Notes: generated from the sequence alone by a model not told the origin. Shown: positions 38,201-50,811, counted from the stretch's first letter. The stretch is 64,000 nucleotides of DNA from Tubiluchus corallicola (GCA_030141605.1 JAQGDQ010000078.1:124001-188000); one strand, 5' to 3'. Translations and numbers: made by a program.

Positions 38201-40297
38201 CAACTAAATTTCATAGCCTGTACAAAATTTTAAAACATTCTGTTCATAAATTAATTAGATTATGACTGTAATTGCTAGAATGTCTATAAACCATTGTGGT
38301 ATATTCTGTTTCAGCCAAGCTATATGCATGGATATGTGTTTTCGTACTACCTATTAACAGTGCATTCAATCCGATTCTCTACACACTTACTACAACTACC
38401 TTCAGAAACTGGTTTAAATTTTCACTTCTTCGTGTTAAACATTCGTTAATATCCACAACTGGAGACATATCTGCATTACGAAATCATGCAGGTAAGTGTT
38501 TGTAATGTGGGCCTTTTTGTTTTGTCTTGTGTTATTGCCAAATCAACAAATTCCCCTATATACGTTGTTTTATTCTACCTGTATGACAAAAAAGAAACTA
38601 ATTGTATCTATATGTACAATATTATTATCCTAGCTCATCCTGCAAATAGGAAATTCTTGCAATTCATAATACTTTTTATTCAATCTTGCTTGCAGTTGTA
38701 TTGGACTTGAGAATCAGCAATAAAGCCATGCTTATATTAGCACACTTTACAACTTTACAATAGTACATGTCTAACACTACATACTAAGACAATAAATTTA
38801 CTTATAATTATAAACTGGGTCCAAAATACATCAAGAAAATAAAAACGTTAAAACCAGTGAGTTTTCAGTTTAGATTAAAATATAAAAAACTTGTGTTATG
38901 AAGCTAAAAAATTTCTAGAAGTATGCAAACATTTCAAACAAGTAAGTTTTCAATTCACAGCTTATACAATTTAAACTATGAAACTACAAAGATGATTTAA
39001 AATGGTTTTTAAGACGAATAAGTTTTTAATTTAGATTTAAAAGTATCAAAATTGGTGCACTAGTTTGCCTGGCAGCAAGTTCCAATAATAAGGGCTGCAT
39101 GCTGTGAAGGATTGTTTATGAACCATAGTGAGTTTGAAAACAGGTTGTACCAAAAGCGGGCCATCATTAAATCTTAACCTATAGGTAGGACGATGTAAAA
39201 TCACAAGGTCAGATATATAACACTAACTAACAGTTTGACTGTTAAAACATCATTTATTTATAAAACATTACTATTTCATTTAGTTAACTTAGTAATGCTA
39301 TTAGCAGCTTGTAAGAGACTTATATTTTTACAGTTACCTTATTATATAATAAAATCATGTTACTAGTTAAAAATCAGCATGTTTTTGACTTTAATAACAT
39401 GTTACTTTTTGTTAGTATCTCATACATCTATATGTACCATACGCAAATGATGATCCAATACAACGAAAGGTCACAGCATTGCAAAAGATCAGATCAAAGC
39501 ATTACATGCATGCATGTAACTATTTTTATCTTATCAAGTAAATTTTTACTCCAATTCATTCCCTGATGTATGAATGTTATAATTTTTCAAATAAATGAAA
39601 TCTTGTGCAAAAATAAAGATCAATGTTCCATTTTTACAATTTTTTTAGTTTTACACATATACTTGGGTTCCATTTGACTGACAGCTTTAAAAACCGTAAA
39701 AATGGCATATGAACATCTGGAAAAAAATTAATTGGCTTTGTAATAAAAGAAGTGCTTTACTAGTATTATTTTATGTGTGTTCAGAAGATTGTCTTCAAAT
39801 TACTACTCTTTTGCCAAAAAAAAGTTGAAACTTGTTTAAAATTGAATTAGGCTATAAATAAAAAGGTAAGTTTTGTTTTATGATTTGACTAGAGTTGAAC
39901 AATGATCTCCAATAATAAGTTATTGCTACTAAAGCCAAACTGAAATGCTGATGGTTGACAACAGAATTGTCGTAATTGCATTTGTGAAAAGCTACAGCCT
40001 GAAATAAAAAAGTTCCAATACCATTTATAGATACATACTTTTTGTGGGCAGCTACATGTCCAAGGAGACTTGAATGTGGTGAAGGTTTTCCACATTATAT
40101 TAACTGACTATTTTGTATTTGCAGGTAGAGGAAGTGGTGACTCCAGCTCCTTTTCCACATCAGTAACCAAGATCCAGTATAGCAGGGCGCCTGTTCTGAA
40201 CAATGCTCGAATGAGTCAAGTGAGTGAAGCTGACGTAACCAAATTCTCAATTTTGGACATGATAGCATCTCCAAGACAAGTAGAATCATCTGTGTGA
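9300..40297 (+). CDS. RXFP1/2: Relaxin/insulin-like peptide receptor (type C LGR, RXFP1/RXFP2-like): LDLa + 10 LRR + 7TM, about 822 aa
   Basis: Exons (all GT-AG, phases consistent, total 2469 nt): 9300-9516 (least certain); 10417-10551 (LDLa [38 protein letters not shown]); 11593-11670; 16273-16396 (LRR N-cap CNC...C); ten 72-nt LRR exons at 23867-23938, 25155-25226, 25540-25611, 30263-30334, 30902-30973, 31618-31689, 31914-31985, 32936-33007, 33845-33916, 34709-34780; 35004-35233 (hinge [32 protein letters not shown] + TM1); 35840-35952; 36523-37024 ([30 protein letters not shown]); 38315-38491 ([12 protein letters not shown]); 40125-40297. Orthology to RXFP1 versus RXFP2 cannot be resolved. 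Confidence 0.93.
10417..10551 (+). CDS. LDLa-module exon of the RXFP-like receptor
   Basis: Six cysteines with acidic D..D..DE calcium ligands; ttctag acceptor and gtaagt donor; phase 1-1. Confidence 0.92.
10621..10917. mobile_element. MITE with imperfect terminal inverted repeats
   Basis: ATGGGCCGAGGGACT at the left and AGTCCCTCGATCAT at the right. Confidence 0.45.
11826..12160. repeat. Compound (CAA/CAG/ACG)n low-complexity tract in RXFP intron 3
   Basis: Direct reading. It accounts for the poly-T/A and poly-V/L ORFs at 11947-12166. Confidence 0.9.
12652..14672. mobile_element. Non-autonomous TGT...ACA TIR element (Ginger-like) with a 5-bp TSD and nested inserts
   Basis: Left end tgttacaacttataatgtaatgaacgc...aaaaaattaacgcataatgtaata matches the reverse complement of the right end. 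TGCAC flanks both ends (12647-12651, 14673-14677). Internal inverted arrays of ttcgccac (about 12880-13090) and tggcgaaa (about 14240-14380). Confidence 0.7.
14961..15170 (+). mobile_element. tRNA-derived SINE
   Basis: A box TGGCCGAGTGG, degenerate B box GAGTTTGAGAC, AATAAA and a (TTGTCT)n tail. Confidence 0.6.
15488..16009. mobile_element. hAT-like MITE carrying a captured host fragment
   Basis: Termini CAGACTGGATTA and TAATCCAAGGCTG; 8-bp TSD CTAGAAAA/CCAGAAAA (7/8). Internal 15779-15910 is a copy of 16369-16516. Confidence 0.7.
17376..17621. mobile_element. PIF/Harbinger-like MITE
   Basis: TIRs AGTCTCGGTTTCACGGG and CCCGTGAAAGCCTGGCT, TTA on both sides, palindromic CpG-rich interior. Confidence 0.65.
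19907..19953. repeat. (ATTAG)n pentanucleotide microsatellite
   Basis: About 9 perfect units; same unit as the LINE tail at 46882-46897. Confidence 0.9.
21940..22124 (-). mobile_element. tRNA-derived SINE, same family as 43901-44060
   Basis: Reverse complement reads GGGAGGTCTTGAGTTCGATAC...GGTCATACCAAACACTTTAAAAATGGCACCTGCTG, followed by a (TTA)n tail. Confidence 0.7.
22656..22775 (+). rRNA. 5S rRNA-derived sequence (full length; probably a SINE head or pseudogene rather than a functional 5S gene)
   Basis: 120 nt GACTACGGCC...GATCACCGAAGTTAAGC...TTAGTACTTGGATGGGTGACCGCCT...TAGGCTT with A box, intermediate element and C box. The terminal stem is mismatched (GACTAC/ATAGGC) and no oligo-T terminator follows. 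Confidence 0.9.
22656..23181 (+). mobile_element. Candidate 5S-derived SINE with RTE-LINE-type body and tail, inserted in (TA)n
   Basis: 5S head plus a GC-rich 406-nt body without TTTT. 23070-23132 translates [20 protein letters not shown]. 3' hairpin TTGTCT-TCCG-AGACAA, end AGGATGCCAACC, (TA)n on both sides. Confidence 0.75.
23209..23356. repeat. Local fold-back: two direct copies and one inverted copy of a 30-40-nt unit separated by (TA)n
   Basis: tgtttttctaaaagcatcaatcacctg at about 23218 and 23269; its reverse complement at 23321-23346. Confidence 0.85.
30416..30729. mobile_element. Kolobok-like non-autonomous DNA transposon, copy 2 (internally shorter)
   Basis: TTAA at 30412-30415 and 30730-30733, AG...CCT termini, homologous to 6408-6946. 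Confidence 0.65.
31045..31222. mobile_element. Tc1/mariner-like MITE remnant
   Basis: TACAGTCAAATCT at the left and degenerate AGGTTTACGAGTA at the right, with repeated gttata.cgag motifs. Confidence 0.4.
34243..34683. repeat. About 440-bp imperfect palindrome (fold-back element) in RXFP intron 13
   Basis: Arms pair throughout: tatagtctca/tgagactata, tttatttcagaa/ttctgaaataaa, taaaatgttaa/ttaacatttta, aaaacaagaacatta/taatgttcttgtttt, taagaaaaa/tttttctta. Confidence 0.85.
35468..35696. repeat. Fold-back element with 19-bp perfect terminal inverted repeat in RXFP intron 15
   Basis: ATTTAATCTGATAGCTTTC (35468-35486) and GAAAGCTATCAGATTAAAT (35678-35696); central hairpin gaactgat...atcagttc. 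Confidence 0.8.
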
Positions 40298-41904
40298 ATC
40301 ACCAACAGTTGTACCATTTGGCTGCTTAGTGCCTTTGCATCTCCAATAGTCAATGAAGTAAGATTCTGTTTTATATTTAAAAAGGTTTAATTTGATTCAA
40401 ATGAGTTCATATTAATCCCATATTAATATTTATCATTGTTTGGCAAAAACCTTATACGGAATAATGCATGGTCACCATAAAGCATCATATCAACTAATAA
40501 TTTATTACAATATGCTGTAAAGCTTACCAAACATCATGGCATATATTGTAAATATGTATAATATGTTTGTTGCTTCAATTTGTAATGCTACTAATTTAAT
40601 GTACAGTTAATTTATCGTCACTTTTGTAAATTGCTTTTTTTGTAAAAATTATAACTTCTGCATAAATACCATTATTATATGTGTTAAGAATTTTAACGTA
40701 CTTGTGAATTTGTTCAGGACAAAATAAATAACTAGTATTCCTTATCTTTGCTCACTACAGAGCTCCCATGAGAATTTGTAAAAAATGTAAAATAATGATT
40801 TAGATGTATGAAAATGTAAAATAATGATTAGGCTGTAAATAATTCATAATGTTTATCTTATATCTACCTATAGTAAATTGCTAATATTTAGCCTATGCCT
40901 TGATTGAATTGTTAAATATGGACAAAAGCTGTAATATTGCATTTCGTAAAACAATTTCCAGTTCTACTATATTCTAACCTTTGTTTACTAATTCCGGTTC
41001 CAGCCCTGTGTAGTGGAACTTGTTTGTTAAAGAAACAGATTAACACATATCTTGGCTAAACGACGACTAATGAGCAGGTATAGCACCTCTGTAATTGTAT
41101 GTTCTTCTAATTTAACTTGACATAATACACCTTTATGCAATTTACACAGTTTTCAGTCAGCTGGAAACCAGTTAAAATTTGACTTTATCTATGAAGGTAG
41201 TCTTGTACTGGAAATCTTGTATTTGTAGCTTAAGATACAGCCAGTCTTAGAAAAAATTGACCAAGAGCACCTTCAGACCAGACTTTTCTCGCCCTTAGTA
41301 GTATAAAGACTTCTCCTTTCTACCGTTGTGAGAACACAAAAATTCAAAACAAGTATGTTTCTTCTCTACAGAATTGTAAGAGGTTTGCAATCTTTTGGTC
41401 ATTGAACAGCAGTTTAACTCTTGTATCACTTGAGTCATTTACGATATCTATTTAATAATTAACGAATTATATTGTCATTGTTTGTATTCAATTCACATTT
41501 CATTTCAGCGTTAGAATTACCACATAATATACTAAAAAAGATAAGTTACTACATATACAAACACAAAATATTAACTCTACTGATTACATGCAGAAAAAAT
41601 TAAGGCTTGAACTGAGGGACTTCTGATTGCATGGTAATGCCACTGACAAAATTATCACTTTTACGGCATCTACAGAGTATTCTCTCGAGAGTTCTTTCTC
41701 TCGGTAAGTTATTGCAAATTCTGCAGGAGTTGCTGAGAGTTCTCTCACGAGTTTTTTGCAGACTATTTATTGCGAGAATCCAATAAACAAAATGGTATAT
41801 TATCAATATTATATATTTAATGCACTATGTTTGAGTAAAAATGTAAATACCTGCTATTCACTACTGGAACATCCGTTAGTAATTTCATAGATTTTTCATA
41901 TTTA

Positions 41905-44900
41905 TCAACTTAATTCTGAAGGATTTTCTGGTTTCGGATGGAAATTCTCCCAGTAAGAGCCATCTTCAGCTCCAAGAGGTACTGAGGTGTCAATTAATTC
42001 CGCAAATGACAACTCTTGGAATTTTAGACTTTTCGTTGAATGCTCTTCCTACCGAAAAATGGGTAATTGTAATGAAGCTTCTTAGTAAGACTGCTGGTGC
42101 AGTCCAAAAGAGAAACAAGTGTAACTACCACTTAAAGAGTCAATCACTGTATTGTCTTGCCGCTTACAGTCATTCATATGCTGTGCAGCATTTCCTGAAA
42201 AACTATTTCATTGAATGGAAAAAACTGAAAGCAGTGCAGCAATGTGGCAGTATGCAGAACAATGCAGTGCGACAACACTCCCGTGCCATGGAGACAGACA
42301 GTGATCACAGCAGTTCAGAAAGGAAGATAGCAGTTGCTGTATATGTCTCACATTTAAATAACTCCTATTGTGAATGTTGAACTCGGCATTAACTGCCAAA
42401 TTCAGCATAATATCATGATTACAGCAGAAAAGTACTAAAATCACCTTCATTAGTTTCAGTTCTTCGCCAACTTTTCGCTAATCAGTTTTACACCACATCT
42501 CGAATGTACTAATCATCATAACAATTTTGTTACATTGTATCATATCATTGTTTTATGCACACTTTTTCTCTGTAATAAGGTGATAAATAAAGATACTTAC
42601 TACAAATGAGCACATGGTCCATCCTTTAAAGTGATTACTGTCTTTTTACTGCACTTAAACTTCACTGCAGCAAATATTGTAATAACTAGGTGCTTCGCTT
42701 AAACTACTATGATATAGTAGTAATATGGCTCATTAATGGCTTTACGTTATTTGTTCACGTTATAAAAACCTGCCTAAACTCGCGTATTTTTCAGTTGGTC
42801 CTCTATCAGTATGCAGGGGATTTTGTTAGATATCTAGTTTTCCGTACCAAAATAATCATTGTTATTATTACATATTCTTAAGCTTCAGTACTCTAAGTTT
42901 TTGGTTTAGCTACTTAGTCAGTTCATCACAATTACTCAGTGATACTAATGTTGTCTTAGTAATTTAACTTCCATCATTTTTATTGCCCATTTGTTTTTTA
43001 TGAAAACACTGTAATATCATTTTTTAGTCGCATAAATACACTATAAAACCTACCTGGTATCTAGTCTACTGTCATGTGTGATAACTTCCCATCTAATACA
43101 TTAGTTCATGAAGTGATTACACTGTTATAGTTATTATATTTGCTACTCTACACATGATGAAATGAAAATTTATTATGCAGTCCAGTCAAGAGATCACAAG
43201 GAAAGTCAATGGCACATCATCTATTAACAAAATCTTACTTCAATACCATTTTAACTGCAGGTAACTAAAACACCATTTGAATTTTAGACAATTTGTGCAG
43301 AACTGCTTGCAACTATTAGAAAAAAACCTACTTGATTTTTGTTTACTGCTACAGCCACATAGTGTAAATTATCCAGTTTTGTTTCTTGAAAAACCCATTC
43401 TTGTTTGAGAGATCCATCTAGAAACAGCTGAAAGCATATTCTTGAAGTTAACTCCAATAATTAACTTGTCACACTAGACTGCTACAACATAAATGTAACA
43501 TTATAAAAGAGCATACTTGCACCATACCTAGTACAGCCACTGTAGCAATAATTTATAAGTCATAGACATGTATTATGTAATGCAAATGATTTTACTGCTT
43601 GCTACTACGGTACTGCAACATCTCTAGAATATTATAGGCATGTAATCTACCCAACTGATTTTACATACAAATTTATAAAGCGAAGCCCACCCTACTTTTA
43701 TATAAAGTAAATATAAATAACAACACCTAGTTTAAATTTCAGTACTTTTATTACCAACCTCTGCTTTACCAATGATACGTGATGTTTTCTTATGAGATGC
43801 AACTTGCACCTCAATTTTCACTCCTCATTTATATTATTTAGAACGTTAAATTTCATTTAAAATATCTTTGAATGAAATTCATATATCATATAAAATAAAT
43901 GACCAGTCGGTTTCGTGTAGTGGTAATGCATCTGCTTTCCGTCTGGGAGGTCGTGAGTTCGAACCAGCAGCCTAGTCATACCAAAGACTTTAAAAATGGT
44001 ACCTGCTGTTGCCCTGCCTAACGCGTGGTATTTAGGGTAAAAGTGGGGTAATAATAGTCTGTTATGTAGTTGTAGGTTGTTATGCGATTTATTGAAACTG
44101 GGAATAGTCAAATTGGGCATCACTGGGACAGAGATAATTTGATATACCAATTAGCTGTACCTGCACATAATGCTGCAGAAACCTCAAAAAATAAAAGGCA
44201 TTTGATTCTAATACTAGCTTCTGGCATCTAGCCTCTAGCTTCAGTTGTACTTTATTAATTTTGTTATTAATCCACATCTAATGTAAATAATCACATAGCC
44301 AGAAACATCACTAGGTGTACTGGAGTTTCCATGACTACCGTCCGTATGTGGTCTCGAAAAATCATGTTTGAAATCAGAATGTGAAATCCATAGCTCAGTC
44401 CTGAACTTTAAGCAGCTTTAGGACTGAAAATGTGAGACATCTCTCCTGAGACTTGTCATCTTCAATACATGAATAAAAAGTTGAATGTCCTTTCTTTATG
44501 TCAAAATAGATTTTTTAGAACTTTGAGGAGCTTTATAACAATTTTATTTAGGATATACAAGGATAACACCTTAAGTAACTCAATACTTATTTCCAAGGTG
44601 GTCCCGAATATTATTACCCACATGTTACTTTGATAGACTAGCGTGCTCGTTTGAAGAACCAGCGGTATCATTTTTTAGTTTTTGGAATGACTCGGTCGGA
44701 GTTGAACCCATGACCTCCCGGGTATAAAGTGAGAAAACTACCATTGAGCTATACCATCAGCTAAATTGACTACAATCAAAACATGTGCTGTTAATTTGCA
44801 TGTAAGACTAAGAAAGTGCAGCCAATTTTTTATTCAATGAGCAACTGCATTATTTTATCTGATTCTTAGGTTAGTTTAAAATTTCAAATATTACCTTAGT

Positions 44901-47900
44901 ATCACAGATCAAGTCCGATACTGGAACATCTAATGTACTGATCTGAAACTCCATTCTTTTCAATTCAAACCCAATGCCAATTCCTAAAGCTTTGATATAA
45001 CTTTCTTTCAAACACTGAAATACACAAAAATTAATGTAGAATTTCAAATATCTTTATTTGTCAAGTATCTGACAGTTATTCTTACATTCAGTCTCGTGCA
45101 CTACATACTAACAGAAATGTATAGACCAACAGTAGGTTAACGAAACTACAAGTGCTACGTTAAAGGAAAGCTTTTCTTGAGCACAATTCCAGGAAACTTT
45201 CTTACAAAGTTACCATAATATTTATCCCTCCCCGAAGAAGACGTAGCAGCTCTGTGGTTCACACGGAAAAAAATGGTCCACACTAGGGATACAAACTTAT
45301 TCCCTTTCCATATTTCCATTTTAATCAATAACAATAAAAAAGGTAGGAACATGTCATTAACAATCTGAAAACCCACATGCACTAACTGAATACATGTCAT
45401 TAGTTCAGCTGCGAATTGTTGCTCAAAATGTAGTGTTCATAAAATGTTCGAAATTTCATAATACTTTTCTATTATTGCAAAAATTGGTAATTTTAAATGT
45501 GTTTTTATTCTTTGTTCAATTCTATTCTCAAGAACTTAGTAACTATTCAACCAATCTAATGTATTAACTAGGTCAATTTTGGTCAATAATTATTGTTTGA
45601 ATGTTCATCTTTCATTTCAAATTTGAAATTTTCATCTCGTATCAGCATCTTCAACATACTTCACTAGTCTCTGAATGTGCAAACCCCATTGTCGTACTGG
45701 CCGGGTGGTAGTTGTTACTGGGTAGATGTTGTTACCATGGTAATCTAAACACATGAAAATGACACAACACCTTTCTAAATTACAAAATTACAACCTACAT
45801 CTACAAGCAACACAAAGTTAGTTAGTCCCTTCAACCTTAACTTGGAGCGGTAAACAGCTCAGTGGTCATTGTATGTTCTCAGGAATCTAAGTTAAGCAAT
45901 GTTAGAATGCTAGGTCTGATTAGTAAATGGATAGGTAACCACCAGGAAAATTGTTTCAGATCTCTTTCATCAATTATGCTACTTCCCACCATTTCTCTCG
46001 AAGATCTATACACACCCGAGTGTTGGTACAATGTCCACCGATGCTACTTCCAAGTCTCCGCTAAGAAAATTACTTTTGAGAAAAAGATAGATTCCAGTCC
46101 TGCTTATGCTTTATTTACATCCATCCACATAATAGGATAGGCAGGAACTGCAAGTCACCAAGTGCTGGATACCAGCTTACTTTGTGAAAAATAATATAAT
46201 AATGTGCATATTTTTGTAAAATTTCAAATTTTCAAAGAATGCTTTGCTAGAGATGGCTGCTAGAACAGTCAAAACATGCAAAATAAATTTTAGTTAAGTG
46301 TGAATTGATTTTTGCAAAAAATAGAGCATAAGCATAGGAACCAAATATTTAAAACTAAGCTAACGAGTGACGTCTTGTACTTCTACACTAGCAATACTAC
46401 ACCTGTCGGCTAATAGATTCGGTTGGTTAATTGGAATAAAACACCTATCCCAAAGTGAGTTTATTAAGCAGCATCTACTATACTATGCTTACTGTAGTGT
46501 TGGCGTTTTTATTTCTTGTTAGACTTCAATTCCCATCTAACAGGAATGTATATGTTAATTTAATTACACTTTCTTATAGCTCTTGATTTTTTCAAGTGTA
46601 ATCTGACCCGAAACTTGCTATTCATCTCATATTAGTAGAACAGTAGTGATTAATGATAAATAATAGTTTGTGTTTTGCCTTTTGACAAAATGGCTACACC
46701 TTTTAGCAAAATGATTACTTATCTAAGAGATAATAAATACACCCAAAGACGATAAAATGCAGCAAGTTGATCCCATTCATTCTGAAAGCTGCGAATCACA
46801 CTCCACTCAAGTTGAGTATACTGGCGCCGCATAGTGTGAAAAAAATCAGACAAACCCTGTATTCCATCTGAAACGATATTTTTAGATTAGATTAGATTTA
46901 TTCAATCCCAATACACAATTGTACATATACAATAAAATCTTACAAATAAATATGATTAGTTAATGTTTAGGAAGGGAGAAAACAACCAGGCACGAATGCA
47001 CTTACGATGGCCCACATTAATTTGTTATTTTTATTAAATTTGCAAAAAGGATCAAAATGAAAAAGAACATAAATTGTTAGCATTAACAATTTCCGAAGGT
47101 AAACTGTACCACATATTGATCACCCTGTCCGCAAAAGAGTATTTAAAAACATCAATACAACAATAATTTTTGTACAACTTGTAACTATGGCCCCTTAATC
47201 TGAGACTAAGTGCATAAGTAAAAAAATCGTTAAAAGTTAGACCTATAAGTGCATGATAAATTTTGTACACCATTTTCATATCAAAAATAACACGTCTCAT
47301 TTCAAGTGCCTGCAGTTTCAAATGACCTAGTCTACTAAAATAGTTAACATAAGTTAACCTACATTTCGCATAAAACAGCTTTGTAACATGTCTTTGTCCT
47401 CCCTTGATTTTATCAATCAGTGACATTGTGAGGATTCCATACAGGGGTGCAGTAATTCCAACAAAGGTCTAACGAATAACTTATATGATGTTAAAAGAGT
47501 GCCAATGTTCTTCATAACACAGCAACAAAAAATCATATTTGCTACTTGAAAAGTTTTGGCGACCTGCTCAGGACAGAAATTGAAAATTTTGGGTCTGAAC
47601 ACATGGCAACACCAAAGCCTTTACAATTAGTATTCACTGATAAAGGAGTGTTGTTTAGTATGTACTGAAAATGAGGATTACTGCGTCCTATGTGAATGAG
47701 TACACACTTATGAGCTGCAATGGTAAACTTCCATTAGTTGGCCCACTCTGCAAGAGTTTTCAAAACTCGACTAAGACTTTGATTACTATCAGATGTTACG
47801 AAAAGTTTAACATCATCAGCGTATAACTTGACAAAGACCGAGCTTAAATTATCAGGCAAATCATTTATATGCAGTAAAAATAATACTGGTCCTAATATGG

Positions 47901-50541
47901 AACCCTGGGCTGTGCCTGAAACAATTCTTTCGTATTTAGAGAACTTGTAACCTACACGTACACACTAGTTACGATTAGACAAAAATGCAGAAATCCATTC
48001 TAACAGATCATAGGAATACGCAACTAATTTACATAATAACTTAGAGTGTACAACAGAGGCAAAAGCTTTAGCAAAGTCCACATATATTGCAACAATGTTT
48101 TGCCCTCTGTCTAAGAATTTACTCCACTCATTTGTACATTTAAATACAGAATGATTTTATCTCACAACATTCATTCAACATGATGTTGCGGAAGTGCTAC
48201 TTTCATAATCGTACAACTATCTGCAACAAAATTATACAAAAAATAATGAATCTTGTCTAGTAACAGTCAGAATAATGAATGGCAACTGTAAATACAATAG
48301 CAAAACAAAAATAATGTTGAAATGTGTGCCTTTTCATCTATTAGGGTATAATTAAGCAGGGGTAAATTTTCTATAGACGCCATAGGGGCACTTCAATACG
48401 AATTTTGTTGTAGGTGTTGTCAGACAAAAGTCATAGTTTTGTATATATTTTTGTTGTAGATAGCTTCATATAATTATAGAAGTAGCACTTCCTAAACTTC
48501 ATGTTTAACAATTTTTTTTTAATTTGATCATTTTGCTGTTAATGCCAACTTTTACTGTAAATTTATAATGATTTAACTTCTCCTAAAGTAAAAGAAAATA
48601 AATTCTCTCATTATTTTGAAACAGACGGATTTAAATGATATTTCTGACTCTGATAAAAAAACTTACTAGGCCTTTCTGCCTTCATTATATCAACACCAAC
48701 ATTTCTCGTAGTCTCAGAAGCAAGCACAACATAATCTCCCTGGTGTGAGATATTGAAACTAAAATTGCTGGATCTAGTATGCTCTAAAAAAGGCTTTCCT
48801 TTATCAGTTCTAGCAAGTTTTACTTTGTTCCAAGGTACTCCAAGTTGTCTGACAACTGCCTTTCGAATAAGTAGACGCCCAGCCTGCATTAAAATGTCAC
48901 ATTTAAAATCTTTAATTTTAAATATGAGAGATGAGATCAAATACTAGTATTAAGAAAGGATTACTTCATAGCCCACAACAAAAATGATCTAGCAGTAACG
49001 TGTGTCACAAAGGACCATTCAAAAATCTAAAAAAGTATGAAAATCAGAATTATGAAATGCAGCAAATATTTTGAAAAAAGGCACGGCAAGCAATTTTTAT
49101 AAGCATCTAAACACAAACAAACAGAATAATTTATTTGTCTCAGTAACTTAGTAAACATAGCATTAACAAATGATGTGACAGCTAAGAGAGACAGGGTGGC
49201 GAAAAGACGGAAAGGTCATCAAGTCTACCACCCTTCTACTAAGTTGATATCAAAACCCTACTTAGATTAGCACTGTGAGAATATGAATAGCAAAGTTTTC
49301 AAATATGTTGAAACATTAAACAATTGTGTTTCTAAAGTAACTTTCATTATCTTTTTATTTAATTCAAACTAGTAATAAAATCATAGTGTAACTCCCCAAA
49401 ATGCATGAGCAAAATTAGCTCAATTTGATAGGTCATACCAAAATAAAACTTGGCATGTTAGTCGCCTGAGATGACGAAACTGATATAATAGCTAAATCAA
49501 TTTAGGACTATTTAGTTATGGTCCTTCGGATCTGACAAGCGTCGTATAAATTGTTAGTGTTTCATTTAATTAGCAGCTTTCCAAATTTTAGCAGAAAAGC
49601 TTGAAAACAAGAAAACTAGATAAAACCAGAATGCGTAACAATCTAACAACATATTAGCTCAATTATTTTTTCTTATTTATACTCTTATAGATGGATTTTT
49701 ACATAAAATGCATTTTTCTCGTCGTCTGAATCACTTGCGAGAAATGGCACATCAAACAAATCATCTCCGGCTTCCTCCATCCTATACAGAGACTATTTTT
49801 CGATTCAGGACGTGCAGGAGAAATGATGAGAAAAACTTCTTTAAGTTAAAATTAGTGAAATTAAGACCATGGCAAACAGACACAATTTAGTATGGTGGCC
49901 TTGCTGTTAAAATATATTGATGAGTTCAAGATAGCAAAGTAAACAAAAACATTGGAAAACTTGTAAAATTGAGATTTGAATAATGTCACTGTGGGGGCAA
50001 CAGACAGTTTTGTTTCACAGCAGGAACACAACTTCCCAAATACCATTTTAAAAAACTTTCATGTGGCCCTCAGAGGGAATTTTTGGTTGTGTGAAAGGAA
50101 GAGAAACTGGGGTACATGATAAGGTAGATGACTTTATGAACACTTCCACAAATCATCGAGATAATTCTGGGTTCTTTTTTCAATTTTTCATTAGAAAAGT
50201 ACAAGTGCAAGCCTATTGTTGTGATGTTTTCCATTATATTCTGCCTACAAATTTTGCTTATGTTAGGCTGCTGTTAGCCCATCATCATCATTAAAGGAGC
50301 AGTAAACAAGAAACTTAGAAAGTTTATAAATTATTCATCATAACCAAAATGCTTTTGTAAGGTTGGGTTATTAACTATCACTACGATTAATAGTTACCAT
50401 GGCAGATTTAGCATCTTTTTTAAACAAAAATCTTGCAATTCTCTCTTTTTCTTTAGGACAAATGCACTGGGCTGCATAAATCCATTCGTCCTTCGTTGGC
50501 TTCCAAGACGAAAACCTGAATGACCACCTGATACCATCCAT
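41905..50541 (-). CDS. AASDHPPT: L-aminoadipate-semialdehyde dehydrogenase-phosphopantetheinyl transferase (Sfp-type PPTase), about 281 aa
   Basis: Exons: 50541-50398 (MDGIRWSF...KDAKSAM), 48883-48667 (AGRLLIRK...RTDKGKP...FNISHQGDYVVLA...VGVDIMK), 46867-46743 (...FYRLW), 45014-44895 (CLKESYIKALGIGIGF), 43427-43332 (LFLDG...W.FQE...HYVAVA), 42048-41905 (...YWENF...*). All junctions GT-AG and in frame. Confidence 0.95.
43901..44060 (+). mobile_element. tRNA-derived SINE with conserved central domain (Meta-SINE-like)
   Basis: A box TCGTGTAGTGG, B box GTTCGAACC (43957-43965), then GTCATACCAAAGACTTTAAAAATGGTACCTGCTG. The right boundary is approximate. Confidence 0.75.
44545..44757 (-). mobile_element. 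Diverged tRNA-derived SINE related to 43901-44060
   Basis: Reverse complement: TAGCTCAATGG A box, GGGAGGTCATGGGTTCAACTCC B box, GAGTCATTCCAAAAACTAAAAAATGATACC. Confidence 0.55.
46882..48140 (-). mobile_element. 5'-truncated, decayed CR1/L2-type LINE in AASDHPPT intron 2
   Basis: Minus-strand RT remnants (YVDFAKAF near 48080, GTAQGSILGP near 47900, YADDVK near 47815), C-terminal LRGHSYKL...FADRVINMWYSLP, AATAAA at 46902-46897 and a (TCTAA)n tail; stops and frameshifts present. Confidence 0.9.
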
Positions 50542-50811
50542 AGTAGTAACTAGAAATTTTTGTCTGTGATCTGCAATAAGACCTGGCTTGGTGCATTTCC
50601 TTTACTGCAATGTCGAAAAGATTTAAAAGTCAGCAATGCATTTAAGTTTTTTAAGTTTGAACCACATAAACTAGTGATTAAACATATACTCTTTGAGATG
50701 ATAGCATCCAGAATGTAATGTATTGTGTTTTAATATAAAATCAAAAATTCATGAAATTAGAGAAATGATATTTATAAATTAATTTATTATCTAAGTCTAA
50801 TCTAACTGCTA

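Noticed and set aside
42006-42450. 124-aa and 80-aa ORFs
   Set aside because: Overlap the AASDHPPT last exon and intron; no motifs.
43901-43975. tRNA gene
   Set aside because: A/B boxes are present but there is no acceptor stem, and it continues into a SINE body seen elsewhere in the window.
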